From an uncultured Endomicrobiia bacterium (lineage in GTDB: Bacteria > Elusimicrobiota > Endomicrobiia > DTEH01), in assembly GCA_937928765.1 (NCBI GenBank), contig CALFVX010000015.1, positions 34,410 through 98,409 on the forward strand: a stretch of 64,000 bases of DNA, written 5' to 3'. The notes beneath the pieces are model-generated. The model worked only from the letters and a program-made list of their open reading frames with translations. It searched no databases and was not told the origin of the DNA. A program made the translations under genes and the position numbers. Position 1 is the stretch's first letter. Each line of letters starts with the position of its first letter. Below, one piece after another: positions 11,719-21,537 of this stretch.

Positions 11719-12471
11719 TTATTCTCCTATTTTTAAACTATACTTTTTAGTTCTTTGTTTCGCCCATTCCCAACAATACTCGTATAAATGCAATCCTTTT
11801 GAAGAAGCAATAATTTCACCATTTTCAACACCAATCTCTTGTGCCATATACTGTTTTAACAATTCAATACCACCAAGATTTGACGGCATTCCTCCCCATA
11901 AGTCCCAAGAACGAAAATAAATCATGAAATGAAGTTTACCATATCTTATACGTGTATCAATTATTCTGCAACATGGTGGATCATTAAGTTTTATATCCAT
12001 TGGCATACCAATCTCTAATGTACACTGATTTGTTTCAAATCCTTCTTTCTTATAAATATTAATCACTTCCTGAATTGGATTTATATTACAAACTATTTCT
12101 TTTTCTTTTGCATCTTCTGTTGTAATTTTAATTTTAGGATTAACAAGGCGTTCACCATAAGTATAATCTTCAGTAGAAGTTTTTTGGTCAGTAAGAAGAT
12201 AATTAAGATATTCCTGTATATATTCCATAGATGTAGGTGCTGGAATACCACATCCTTCAGGCATTACAGGTATAATTTGATTTTCTGGTTTGCGCACACG
12301 AATAACTATATAATCAAATTCAAGCCGTCTTTGACCTTTATAACTCCCTCGGTCTATTTTATAAATATACCCATAATCCAAAATTTTATCTAAACATTGA
12401 TACCACGCATCGTCTAAATCAAATGCGTCTATAAAAACAGGTGTTAAAAATTTTTCTTCTTTCTTATTCAT
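11719..12471 (-). CDS. thyA: Thymidylate synthase, short archaeal-type ThyA
   Basis: YTYGERL, DPPC (catalytic Cys), YFRSWD, PSNL (dUMP-specifying Asn), GLHLYE. Confidence 0.88.
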   Translation of the reverse strand: MNKKEEKFLTPVFIDAFDLDDAWYQCLDKILDYGYIYKIDRGSYKGQRRLEFDYIVIRVRKPENQIIPVMPEGCGIPAPTSMEYIQEYLNYLLTDQKTSTEDYTYGERLVNPKIKITTEDAKEKEIVCNINPIQEVINIYKKEGFETNQCTLEIGMPMDIKLNDPPCCRIIDTRIRYGKLHFMIYFRSWDLWGGMPSNLGGIELLKQYMAQEIGVENGEIIASSKGLHLYEYCWEWAKQRTKKYSLKIGE

Positions 12472-12475
12472 AGAT

Positions 12476-13468
12476 TTAATCTTTGTAATCAGCTAAATAT
12501 TTATTTTGAGAAATATATTTTTTTACATATTCATATATTGAAAAATAAAAATCTGTAATTGGCCTCTTATATCCTTTAGAAAATAATTTATTCATTTCTG
12601 CTTTTGTATAATACTGATACTGATTTTTTATATTTTCAGGCATATCAATATATTCTATCTGTGGAGTTAAATTTAAAGATTTAAAAACTGAATAAACTAA
12701 TTGATTAAAACTATGTGGTTGGCCACTACCTATGTTATATATTCCTGTTAAATTCTTGTTTTCATAAAAATAAAAAGTCATCTCAACTGCATCTTTTATA
12801 TAAATAAAATCTCTTAGTTGTTCACCATCTTTATATTCTGGCAAATATGATTTAAATAGTCTAACTTTTCCCAAAAATTTTATCTGTTCAAAAGCCTTTA
12901 CAACAAAACTGCGCATATCACCTTTATGATATTCATTAGGTCCGTAAACATTAAAATATTTTAAACCCACTATATTACTTAACAAATTATTATGTTTTGC
13001 CCACAAGTCGAAAAGATGTTTTGAATACCCATACATATTTAGAGGTTTCAAAAGTTCGAGTTTATCTTCATCGTCATAAAATCCTAAACTTCCATCACCA
13101 TAAGTTGCAGCAGATGATGCATAAATAAATCTTATATTTTTTTTAATTGCAAACTTGCAAAGAATTTTTGTATACTCAAAATTGTTTTTTATATAATATC
13201 TAGCATCTGGATGCGTTGTAGAAGAACATGCTCCCATATGAAAAATTGTATCTAATTTTAAATTATCATAAGAACCGTTTTTTATCTGCTCTAGAAAATC
13301 ATCTTTTTCTATATAATCTAAAAATTTAATACCAACAAGATTTTTCCATTTCACATTATCTATTTCATCTACTATAATGATATTATTAATACCTTCTCTG
13401 TTAAGTTTCCATACAATAGCACTACCTATAAATCCTGCAGCGCCTGTTACTATTATTAATTTTTTCAT
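12476..13468 (-). CDS. rfaD: ADP-L-glycero-D-manno-heptose 6-epimerase
   Basis: TGAAGFIGS, HMGACSST, YASSAATYG, PLNMYGYSK, YFNVYGPNEYHKG.M.S, YQYYTKA. Confidence 0.96.
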   Translation of the reverse strand: MKKLIIVTGAAGFIGSAIVWKLNREGINNIIIVDEIDNVKWKNLVGIKFLDYIEKDDFLEQIKNGSYDNLKLDTIFHMGACSSTTHPDARYYIKNNFEYTKILCKFAIKKNIRFIYASSAATYGDGSLGFYDDEDKLELLKPLNMYGYSKHLFDLWAKHNNLLSNIVGLKYFNVYGPNEYHKGDMRSFVVKAFEQIKFLGKVRLFKSYLPEYKDGEQLRDFIYIKDAVEMTFYFYENKNLTGIYNIGSGQPHSFNQLVYSVFKSLNLTPQIEYIDMPENIKNQYQYYTKAEMNKLFSKGYKRPITDFYFSIYEYVKKYISQNKYLADYKD

Positions 13469-13508
13469 AACTTAAATAATAAAAAATCTTTTGTTTTAAT
13501 TACAAAAT

Positions 13509-14300
13509 TTATTTTTTTTCTACAAGATCTGCAAAAAAGCGTCCTATAAAAATTTTACTTTCTAATCTTACAGGAAGTTTTTCTTTATCTGTAGTAAGAT
13601 ATACAAATAGTCTACCTTTGGCTTTAAACAAAGGGAAACTTTTTGTATCAACTTTAGGCTCTACTTTAAAACATTCATATTCTTTACCGAAAATTTTTAT
13701 ATTTATAATTTCTAATACCTCTATAACCATAGGATAAACAACTTTACCCACCCATACATCTATGGTATATTTTTTACCCACCTCTATATCTTGAAATCTT
13801 AACCAATATAAAGAAGAAACTATATCTTGAACAAAACCATTTATATATCCTGTTGTATTATCCAACAAGTATATCCACCTTTTATTTATATAATCAAACA
13901 ATACATAATCTTTTGAGTGATATCCTGCTTCGTTTTGTTCTTTAAAAAATTTTAGAGAATAAAATCCATAAAAGTCAATATAAGATTCTGTTTTATTTCT
14001 TACTTTATATAAAAGATCAACAGAAGAGTTAGATTTTGTTTTAGTAGATATCTTGTATAGCTTTATGTTATATATATCTTCAAGATTTAAATCTATCTGC
14101 GCATCTCCAGCATAAATGAATTCCCAATAAATTTTATATTTTAAGATTTCTGACTCAAAATGTTTTTCATTTATATTTCTTAAATTGGAGTTCTTTCTTA
14201 CTATTTCTTCTTCAATTTCAACTTTATTTTCTTGACAACATATATTTATGATAAAAAATTTAAAAATAAATAAAATTAAAACAAAAAATTTTTTAAGCAT
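13509..14300 (-). CDS. DUF3108-like exported protein
   Basis: N-terminal signal-like segment; E.LKY...W..I.AG, YKVRN...SYID, D..SSLY.LR, KLPVRLES pattern. Confidence 0.75.
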   Translation of the reverse strand: MLKKFFVLILFIFKFFIINICCQENKVEIEEEIVRKNSNLRNINEKHFESEILKYKIYWEFIYAGDAQIDLNLEDIYNIKLYKISTKTKSNSSVDLLYKVRNKTESYIDFYGFYSLKFFKEQNEAGYHSKDYVLFDYINKRWIYLLDNTTGYINGFVQDIVSSLYWLRFQDIEVGKKYTIDVWVGKVVYPMVIEVLEIINIKIFGKEYECFKVEPKVDTKSFPLFKAKGRLFVYLTTDKEKLPVRLESKIFIGRFFADLVEKK

Positions 14301-14302
14301 TG

Positions 14303-14833
14303 TTATTTTGTGTTATTTAATATTACATTTACGGCTTCCAAAAAATCTTTAACTACAAATTCAGCTTTAGATTGTATATTTCTATCATTAGATATTAAAA
14401 TAGTTTTAACACCTAAATTTTTACCAAACTCTACATCTATCTCTTTGTCTCCGATCATAAATGATTTATCTTTATCTATCAAATGTTTTATTTCTTTAAC
14501 CATACCTATTTTTGGTTTTCTACATTCGCAATTTTCTTCTGGCAAATGAGGGCAGAAATAAATTTTATACAAATTAACACCATATGAACTTAAAATTTCT
14601 AAAATCTTTTGATGAATTTTATTAAGGTTTTCAATACTAACTAACCCTCTTGAAATACCAGATTGGTTTGTTACAATCACTAATTTAAAATTTTTCTCTA
14701 CTAATTTTTTTAATCCATCAATTACACCATCAAAAAATTCTACCTCTTTTGGATTGTTAAGATAAACTTTATCTACTATTATAGTACCATCTCTGTCTAG
14801 AAAAATTATAGGGAATTTATCATTTGTTGCCAT
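14303..14833 (-). CDS. gmhB: D-glycero-beta-D-manno-heptose 1,7-bisphosphate phosphatase
   Basis: FLDRDGTI, TNQSGI.RG, CPH....CECRKP, MIGDKEID. Confidence 0.92.
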   Translation of the reverse strand: MATNDKFPIIFLDRDGTIIVDKVYLNNPKEVEFFDGVIDGLKKLVEKNFKLVIVTNQSGISRGLVSIENLNKIHQKILEILSSYGVNLYKIYFCPHLPEENCECRKPKIGMVKEIKHLIDKDKSFMIGDKEIDVEFGKNLGVKTILISNDRNIQSKAEFVVKDFLEAVNVILNNTK

Positions 14834-15867
14834 AAATCTTTACCTTCTTCTATTTCAAAATTTATTTCTGAATAAAAAATTTTATCAAAATAAACATCAT
14901 TAGATTTGTTTAAAAAATTATTAAATTTGATAGCATCTTTTTTTGTAACTACAACTGGAAAATTTCCTAAATTTTGTAATTTTTGCAGATCTTTTAAACT
15001 ATACCAATAATGGTCAGGATAAAAAATTTTGTGTATAATTTCAAATCCTTCTATATTTAAAATTTTTTCAAAAATTTTTGGTGTTCCTACTCCACAACAT
15101 AAAATAATCTTGTTGTTATTAATAAGAAATTCTTTTAAACAAAAACTTTTTCCACTAAATAGATTTGTAAAACTCACTATCTTATAATAAGAAGTAATTA
15201 TTCTTACTTTTTCATTCATAGATTTGATTTTTTGTTTAAACCTATCCACTGTATCACAAGAAACAATGTTTGTATGATTTAAAAAAACATAATCTGCTCT
15301 TTTTAAAGAACTTTTTAATGTTTCTCTTAATTCTATTAAAGGCAACAAAAAATTTTTTTGAAACTTGAATATATTTATCACCAAAATATTTATATCTTTA
15401 TAGAATGAAAAATTTTGATATCCATCATCAGAAATAATAACTTCTAAATCAAATTTTTCTTTTAAACAATTTATTGCCTTTACTCTGTCATCTGAAACAC
15501 AAACAGGTATTTTTAAATCTGAAAACAACATATATGCTTCATCTCCAGAATAAAATATTGTGGTGTCATCGCATTTTTCTTCTGGATTTAATAAAAAAAC
15601 TTCTTTGTTTTTTTTCTTTTTGTACCCTCTTGTAACTATGGCAACCTTTTTATTTAAAATCTTTAAATCTTCAACAATTTTTTTTACCAAAGTTGTCTTT
15701 CCACTACCTCCTAAATCAGGATTACCTACACATATAATTTTTAAATCTTTAAACTTTTTTTGTTTTTTAGTTTTGATAAATTTAAAAATATTAAAAAATA
15801 AATAATAAATTGATGTTATAAAAATTAAGATCGGAAAAAAGAAATATTTTATTATTTTTCTTTCCAT
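14806..15867 (-). CDS. lpxK: Tetraacyldisaccharide 4'-kinase
   Basis: VGN...GGSGKT, TRGY, GDEA, DDGYQ, LRE, PDHY, TKKDAIK. Confidence 0.92.
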   Translation of the reverse strand: MERKIIKYFFFPILIFITSIYYLFFNIFKFIKTKKQKKFKDLKIICVGNPDLGGSGKTTLVKKIVEDLKILNKKVAIVTRGYKKKKNKEVFLLNPEEKCDDTTIFYSGDEAYMLFSDLKIPVCVSDDRVKAINCLKEKFDLEVIISDDGYQNFSFYKDINILVINIFKFQKNFLLPLIELRETLKSSLKRADYVFLNHTNIVSCDTVDRFKQKIKSMNEKVRIITSYYKIVSFTNLFSGKSFCLKEFLINNNKIILCCGVGTPKIFEKILNIEGFEIIHKIFYPDHYWYSLKDLQKLQNLGNFPVVVTKKDAIKFNNFLNKSNDVYFDKIFYSEINFEIEEGKDLWQQMINSL

Positions 15868-16703
15868 CTTTTATGAAACCACATCCATTGTTCCGGATAC
15901 ATTTTTATATATTTTTCTATAATTTTGTTAATTGCTAAAGTATTTACTTCTAAATCTTTTTTTATATCTTTGCTATATTTAAAAACAAATTCTTCTTCAA
16001 AAAAAATTTTGTAATAACTGTTTTCTTTTACACAAAACATAGCAAAAACTTTACTTTTTAACCTTTTGTTTAACAAAGTAATTATTGGTGAAGTAAATGC
16101 AGGCCTGTTTAAAAACTCTACTCTTACAGAACCTTCTACAATATGCTGATCTGGTAATACATAAACAATACCACCAGATTTTAAATATAAGATTATTTCT
16201 TTTATCTGGTGAGAATAAAAAACTTTCCCACCTAACTTTTCTCTTAATTTTTTAACTTGTGCTTCAACTAATTTGTTTCTTAAAGGACGAACTATAGCTG
16301 CTATTTTGTATCCTTCAAGAACTAACCTCTGTGCAAGAATCTCCCAGTTGCCTATATGTGCTGTAAAAATTATACTATTGCCACACAAATTTTTCAGTTT
16401 TTTTTCATTAACAAATCTTGTTTTTAGAAAAATTTTTTTAGGATTATATATATATTTAATTGCAGAAAAAAATGTCCATCCAATGTTATACCACACATTG
16501 TTTATAATATTTAATATTTCTTTGCCTTTATAGTTAGAAAAACTTAAACAAAAATTTTTTAACATTAATCTTTGTCTAGAGTATAAAAAAAATTTAAATA
16601 CTGGAATTAAAAGTTTTAAAAATATTTTTAAAATTTCTTCAGGAGAAATAATAATAAAAAGTTTTATATAATAAGCAAAAATGTATTCTATCCATTCTTT
16701 CAT
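15852..16703 (-). CDS. Lipid A late acyltransferase (LpxL/HtrB family)
   Basis: TAHIGNWE, LPDQ, VEFL, PEQWMWFHKRWK. Confidence 0.9.
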   Translation of the reverse strand: MKEWIEYIFAYYIKLFIIISPEEILKIFLKLLIPVFKFFLYSRQRLMLKNFCLSFSNYKGKEILNIINNVWYNIGWTFFSAIKYIYNPKKIFLKTRFVNEKKLKNLCGNSIIFTAHIGNWEILAQRLVLEGYKIAAIVRPLRNKLVEAQVKKLREKLGGKVFYSHQIKEIILYLKSGGIVYVLPDQHIVEGSVRVEFLNRPAFTSPIITLLNKRLKSKVFAMFCVKENSYYKIFFEEEFVFKYSKDIKKDLEVNTLAINKIIEKYIKMYPEQWMWFHKRWKEK

Positions 16704-17497
16704 ACAGCAAAAAGTATTTTTAAATAAAAATCAAAATTTTTTATAAAATCTTTAAAACTCATATTTTTTATTTCTTTCCATTCAATTCTAGGCAATAAAT
16801 AAAAATCTAGATTTTTATTTCTATAAATTAATCCATGTTTTAAAGTAGTTGCGGTTTGATATTTTTCGTTCACAAGAACTTCTTTATAATTTTTAGGAAC
16901 TTTTCCAAAAGGATAACAAAAATGGTTTATTTTAGTATTTAATTCCTTTTCTAAAATTTTCTTTGATTCGCTTAATTCAAAGCTTAAATTTTGTTGACTC
17001 AGTTGTGATAAATCAGAATGAAACAATGTATGAGACCCTACTTCAAAAATATCTAAAATATTTTTTAATTGATTAAAAGAAATCATTTTTGCAGCGCTCA
17101 TATACGGATAAGAATGATACCCATCCTTTATAGCTTTTACATGAACATAAACCGTTGCTTTAAAATTGTATTTTTTAAGTATATTATATGAATTCAATAA
17201 ATCTTCATATCCATCATCAAATGTTATACAAAAAATTTTTTTTATGGATAAATTTTTTTCCAAATGTTCTTTTAGTTCACTAAGTGACACACTGCGATAT
17301 CCACGAAGGTATAAAAAATTCATCTGTTTTTGGAACGTTTCAGGTTTTACATATAAAGATTTTAATCCACCTTGATAATCAGAAATTCTATGGTAAACTA
17401 AAATAAAAGATGTATCTTTGTATTTTAAATAAACAAAAATATAAATACTTAAAAGTAAAAAAATTGTTCCAATAACTTTTTTTATTATTTTGTCCAT
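16700..17497 (-). CDS. Membrane-anchored polysaccharide deacetylase (NodB/CE4)
   Basis: N-terminal TM; ILVYHRI, ITFDDGYED, GSHT..H, FCYPFG, LPRI. Confidence 0.9.
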   Translation of the reverse strand: MDKIIKKVIGTIFLLLSIYIFVYLKYKDTSFILVYHRISDYQGGLKSLYVKPETFQKQMNFLYLRGYRSVSLSELKEHLEKNLSIKKIFCITFDDGYEDLLNSYNILKKYNFKATVYVHVKAIKDGYHSYPYMSAAKMISFNQLKNILDIFEVGSHTLFHSDLSQLSQQNLSFELSESKKILEKELNTKINHFCYPFGKVPKNYKEVLVNEKYQTATTLKHGLIYRNKNLDFYLLPRIEWKEIKNMSFKDFIKNFDFYLKILFAV

Positions 17498-17498
17498 A

Positions 17499-18575
17499 TT
17501 ACATTCTTTGATAAAATTTTAAATATTCTTCTACCATTGTGGATGGGAAGTTTACAAAAACTAACTTGTTTTTTTTGTCTCTGTATATTTTTATATTCTG
17601 AATTATTTCTTCTATTAACTTTAAAAACTCTTCTAACTTTAATTCATTGGCTATTTTTAAGTAATCCTGATATTGGCCTGCTAGCACTTCTTTTACTTTA
17701 ATTGCTGGTGTTGATACTACCGGAGTTAAAAGGTAAAGACTTTCTGTTACAACTTTGCCCATGCTCTCATATAAAGAACAACATAATACTATGTCACTTG
17801 TAAAAATATAATCATACACATTTGATACAAAACCTGTAAATATAACATTTTCTTTAAGTTTATATTCTTCAACTATATTTAAAATTTTTTTATAAAAACT
17901 TTTTTCTTCTACCGGACCTATAATGAAAAGTTTCACTTTATATCCTTTAATTTTTAATTCTTTTATAATTTCTACAGCAAAATCTTGTTTTTTATTTTTT
18001 TCAATTCTGCCAATGATAGAGAAAACTATTGTATCTTCTGAAATATTGTATCTATTTCTTAAATTATCAAATTTAGTTTTTTCAAAGAACACTTCGTCGT
18101 AAATCACTTTAACTTTATTTTGTGATAATTTAAAATCTTCAACAAGGTCATTTTTAACTTTTTGTGATACTGCTATAACTGCGTTACACAAAAAATATAG
18201 AAACTTATTTATTATTTTTTTTAGCCCCTTTTTTCTGTATTCTACATTTCTGGTAATAAAAACTTTTTTGTTTAAAATTTTACCTAAAAATGTAGCAAAC
18301 CAGTAAAACTTTGGTGAATGGATATCTAAAACTTCAACTTTGTGTTTTAATAAGATATAGAAAATTTTAAAATTAGAAAAAATATCAAAAACATCGCTTA
18401 CAGGATGAATATTATATATCTTTACTTCATTTTTTAACAATATGTTTAACCTACTTGTAGCAAGACAAATTAAAACTACATTATGTCCTTTTTCTTTGAA
18501 TCCTTTTACACAAAGATATACACGTTGGGCACCGCCTGACCAATATTTTGTTGCATCAAACAATGCTATATTCAT
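17499..18575 (-). CDS. Glycosyltransferase family 4
   Basis: WSGGAQR, GH.V, IGRIE..K.Q, ESMGKVVTE (EX7E). Confidence 0.88.
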   Translation of the reverse strand: MNIALFDATKYWSGGAQRVYLCVKGFKEKGHNVVLICLATSRLNILLKNEVKIYNIHPVSDVFDIFSNFKIFYILLKHKVEVLDIHSPKFYWFATFLGKILNKKVFITRNVEYRKKGLKKIINKFLYFLCNAVIAVSQKVKNDLVEDFKLSQNKVKVIYDEVFFEKTKFDNLRNRYNISEDTIVFSIIGRIEKNKKQDFAVEIIKELKIKGYKVKLFIIGPVEEKSFYKKILNIVEEYKLKENVIFTGFVSNVYDYIFTSDIVLCCSLYESMGKVVTESLYLLTPVVSTPAIKVKEVLAGQYQDYLKIANELKLEEFLKLIEEIIQNIKIYRDKKNKLVFVNFPSTMVEEYLKFYQRM

Positions 18576-18577
18576 AT

Positions 18578-19975
18578 TTATTTTTTACAAAAATATAAAT
18601 TATAAGTTCTTATTATATATCCTCTTCTTAAAACATCATAACTCTTAATAAATTGTGAATTAAAATTTTTCTGTTGTGGTGAAGGTGTCTTCACATCTGA
18701 TTCGTAGTTTATAAAATAAAATTTTTCAGCGAAGTTTTTATCTTTATTCCATATTTCAAACTGTTGTTCTTTGTAGAAAACATTTAATTTTTTGTCTGAA
18801 TAATATAAAATTTCAGAGATAAGTTGATGATTAGTTGTAACTATAGGATATTCTAAATTTTCTTTACTTAAGACTAAAACAAATTCTTTCCATCCATAGA
18901 ACCAGTTTGTAGGATCTGTAAGTGTCAAAGTAGGATTTATTTTTTCTAAAGGGATAATTCTAAAAAGCCCATGAAGATACATTATAAAAACTATAATCAA
19001 ACAAAAAATACTTGAAGGGATCAAAAAAATTTTTTTAAAATTTTGTTTATTAACAAAATAATCTGCAACTAACAAAGCCACCGCTGGATATCCACATAAA
19101 GGCCAGTTCATCTCCGCTATATTTTTATAACTTGTAATTGCAAAAAATAATATAGGTAAAACTGCAAAAATACTAAAAAATTTTATTTTTTTATCTTTTA
19201 TAGAAATACTTCTAAACAATACATAAAAACAAATTATACCTAAAAATATACCCAAAGCTGTGACCTGCCCTGCTATATATGTAATTATGTTATTTAAACT
19301 TCCACTTTTTTGTGGTAATCCGTGAAAAAATTGATACTTAAATGAAATCCAATTATGGCTATAATTCCATATTATAACAGGTAAAAAAATTAAAAATGAA
19401 ATTATAAAGCTTATGTAAGGATGATATGAAAAAAAATATTTTCTATATTCTTTTATAAAAATCATTGACAAAAACATACAAATAATTAGTAAAATACCAT
19501 TATATTTTGACAACAATGCAAATCCACCAAAAATACCTGTAAAAATCCAATAAATAAACTTTCCTTTTTCAAAAGCAAAAAGTAAAAAATATAAAAATAA
19601 AATTGTAAAAAATATCAAAGGTAAATCAGGAGTAATTATAAAGCCTAAACTATTTGAAGGAAAAATGTTAAATACAAATATTGTTAAATAAGCAGTCTCT
19701 TTATTAAAAAATTTTTTCACAAGGTTATAAAATACAAAATTGAAAATTATATAAAAAATAAAAGAAGAAAACCTAACAAAAAACTCTTCATTACTAAATA
19801 ATGTTGTCAATTTTATAATATAGGCAACCATAGGGGGATGATCAAAATATGAAAAATCTAATCTTTGTGACCATAACCAATAATATGCTTCATCTGGGTG
19901 AAGTTCAAATCTAAAAGAAGATATTATTCTTAATATCAAAAAAATAAATATTAAACCTATAGTTAAGTACTTCAT
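18578..19975 (-). CDS. GT-C glycosyltransferase (ArnT/PMT-like)
   Basis: PDEAYYW.WS, YFDHPP, TPD.P, LSKY, many TM helices. Confidence 0.88.
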   Translation of the reverse strand: MKYLTIGLIFIFLILRIISSFRFELHPDEAYYWLWSQRLDFSYFDHPPMVAYIIKLTTLFSNEEFFVRFSSFIFYIIFNFVFYNLVKKFFNKETAYLTIFVFNIFPSNSLGFIITPDLPLIFFTILFLYFLLFAFEKGKFIYWIFTGIFGGFALLSKYNGILLIICMFLSMIFIKEYRKYFFSYHPYISFIISFLIFLPVIIWNYSHNWISFKYQFFHGLPQKSGSLNNIITYIAGQVTALGIFLGIICFYVLFRSISIKDKKIKFFSIFAVLPILFFAITSYKNIAEMNWPLCGYPAVALLVADYFVNKQNFKKIFLIPSSIFCLIIVFIMYLHGLFRIIPLEKINPTLTLTDPTNWFYGWKEFVLVLSKENLEYPIVTTNHQLISEILYYSDKKLNVFYKEQQFEIWNKDKNFAEKFYFINYESDVKTPSPQQKNFNSQFIKSYDVLRRGYIIRTYNLYFCKK

Positions 19976-19995
19976 AGCTTTTGAAAACTTTTGTT

Positions 19996-20048
19996 TTTAT
20001 ACCAAATTTAAGAAACTATTGCAATAAAAAATTGTGATTTTATATAAA
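19996..20048. promoter_or_regulatory. Divergent promoter pair sharing a palindromic -35 (TATTGCAATA)
   Basis: TTGCAA at 20019-20024. Minus: 17 bp to TGG-TATAAA (extended -10). Plus: 18 bp to TATAAA 20043-20048. Confidence 0.5.
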
Positions 20049-20054
20049 CAAAAT

Positions 20055-21512
20055 ATGAAAATGCAAGTTAAAAACAAATATATCTATCTTACAATTATTA
20101 TTTTTTTTTCATTTTTTGGTATGTTTGGCAAACTTTCAGTTGCAGAACTACAACCTCTAGGTTCAGCAGCACACGCTGCTATATCAAGAGAAATATTAAG
20201 AACAAAAGATTGGCTAACTTTACATTGGCCACATTGTGAAGAATTTAAAGATTTTTATCAATTTCCACCACTATTTTTTTGGTTTCAAGCAATATGTTTT
20301 AAAATTTTTGGTATATCAGATGCTACAGCAAAATATGTATCTTCATTTTTTGGTTTTTTAGTAATCATACTTACATTTTTTATAGGCAAAATTATTTCTG
20401 ACAATGATTATATAGGATTTCTTTCAGCGATGAGTTTAATTTTACATCCTTATTTTTTTAAACATGCAAGGAAATGTGAATTAGAGACAGGATTGATATT
20501 TTTTATTTCTTTAGGAATTTTATTTTTTATCCTTGCAGAAAAATATAACAAACAGTGGTTGTTAATTTTTTGTGGTATTTCTTCTGGTTTAGGATTTTTA
20601 TACAAAGGTCCACCTGCATATTGTGTTGCTGCTATAATTTTTTTTTATTATACAATAACAAAACAGTATAAAAAAATTTTTGGAAAGTATTACATATTTT
20701 CTATTCTTATTGCTTTATTACTACCACTATTATGGTTTATACCACAACTTATATACAAAGGAAACGCTGTTATAGAAAAATTTTGGGGAAAGCAAATTTT
20801 ATGGTCAATTAAAGGACGAGGCGTAAATTACAAAAATTTTTTCGAAAGAATTAGAAACTATACATTTTTCTTACCTATTTTTTTTAGTTATTATCTTCCT
20901 TGGAGTATAACAGGAATTTTTGGTGTTATAAAAATTATAAAAGAAAAATTAAAATATTTTTATATTTTAATTATTTGGGTATTAATTGTATGGCTAGGAT
21001 TTACAATTCCAGGATATAAAGACGACTATTATCTTTTAGCATTTTGGCCTGGGTGGTGTGTAATAAACGGATATATATTTTCTTTTTGGAGTAATAATTT
21101 TAAAGAAAAACTTACTAAAATATTTCTAATTCTTAGTATTATATTCTCATTATTAGTAATTTTTACACCAATAAAATTTGACAAAATTCGTAATCCAGAA
21201 TTTAGGATTTTAAAAGAATATGTTAGACAAAAAATTCCAGAAAACAAAAAGATTATTATAAATTCAAAATATTACTATGATATGGTAGCACTAATACCAT
21301 GGTATTGGGATAGAGGTATAATTAGTTTTAATTTCCCTCAAAATTATCAAGAAACAGAATTGATAGAAAACTTTTTAAATATATTATCCAATGAAGAACA
21401 AAAATTTATATTGATAAAAAAAGATGAGTTTAACCTTTTAACTGAAAAGATAAAACAGAAATTATTTATCTTAAAAGATGAAGGAAAATATTATTTATGC
21501 ACAAATAAATAG
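20055..21512 (+). CDS. GT-C glycosyltransferase (ArnT-like), divergent
   Basis: A.ISREI....DWLTL, PPLFFW, KGP, PLLWF, LPWS; many TM helices. Start placed at ATG 20055 (ORF track uses GTG 20034). Confidence 0.82.
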   Translation: MKMQVKNKYIYLTIIIFFSFFGMFGKLSVAELQPLGSAAHAAISREILRTKDWLTLHWPHCEEFKDFYQFPPLFFWFQAICFKIFGISDATAKYVSSFFGFLVIILTFFIGKIISDNDYIGFLSAMSLILHPYFFKHARKCELETGLIFFISLGILFFILAEKYNKQWLLIFCGISSGLGFLYKGPPAYCVAAIIFFYYTITKQYKKIFGKYYIFSILIALLLPLLWFIPQLIYKGNAVIEKFWGKQILWSIKGRGVNYKNFFERIRNYTFFLPIFFSYYLPWSITGIFGVIKIIKEKLKYFYILIIWVLIVWLGFTIPGYKDDYYLLAFWPGWCVINGYIFSFWSNNFKEKLTKIFLILSIIFSLLVIFTPIKFDKIRNPEFRILKEYVRQKIPENKKIIINSKYYYDMVALIPWYWDRGIISFNFPQNYQETELIENFLNILSNEEQKFILIKKDEFNLLTEKIKQKLFILKDEGKYYLCTNK

Positions 21513-21537
21513 AATTAAATTCTATTCAACTTTTTAT

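Noticed and set aside
21508..21526. Hairpin AATAGAAT-taa-ATTCTATT between convergent genes
   Set aside because: Almost all A-T pairs and too weak to call as a terminator in this composition.
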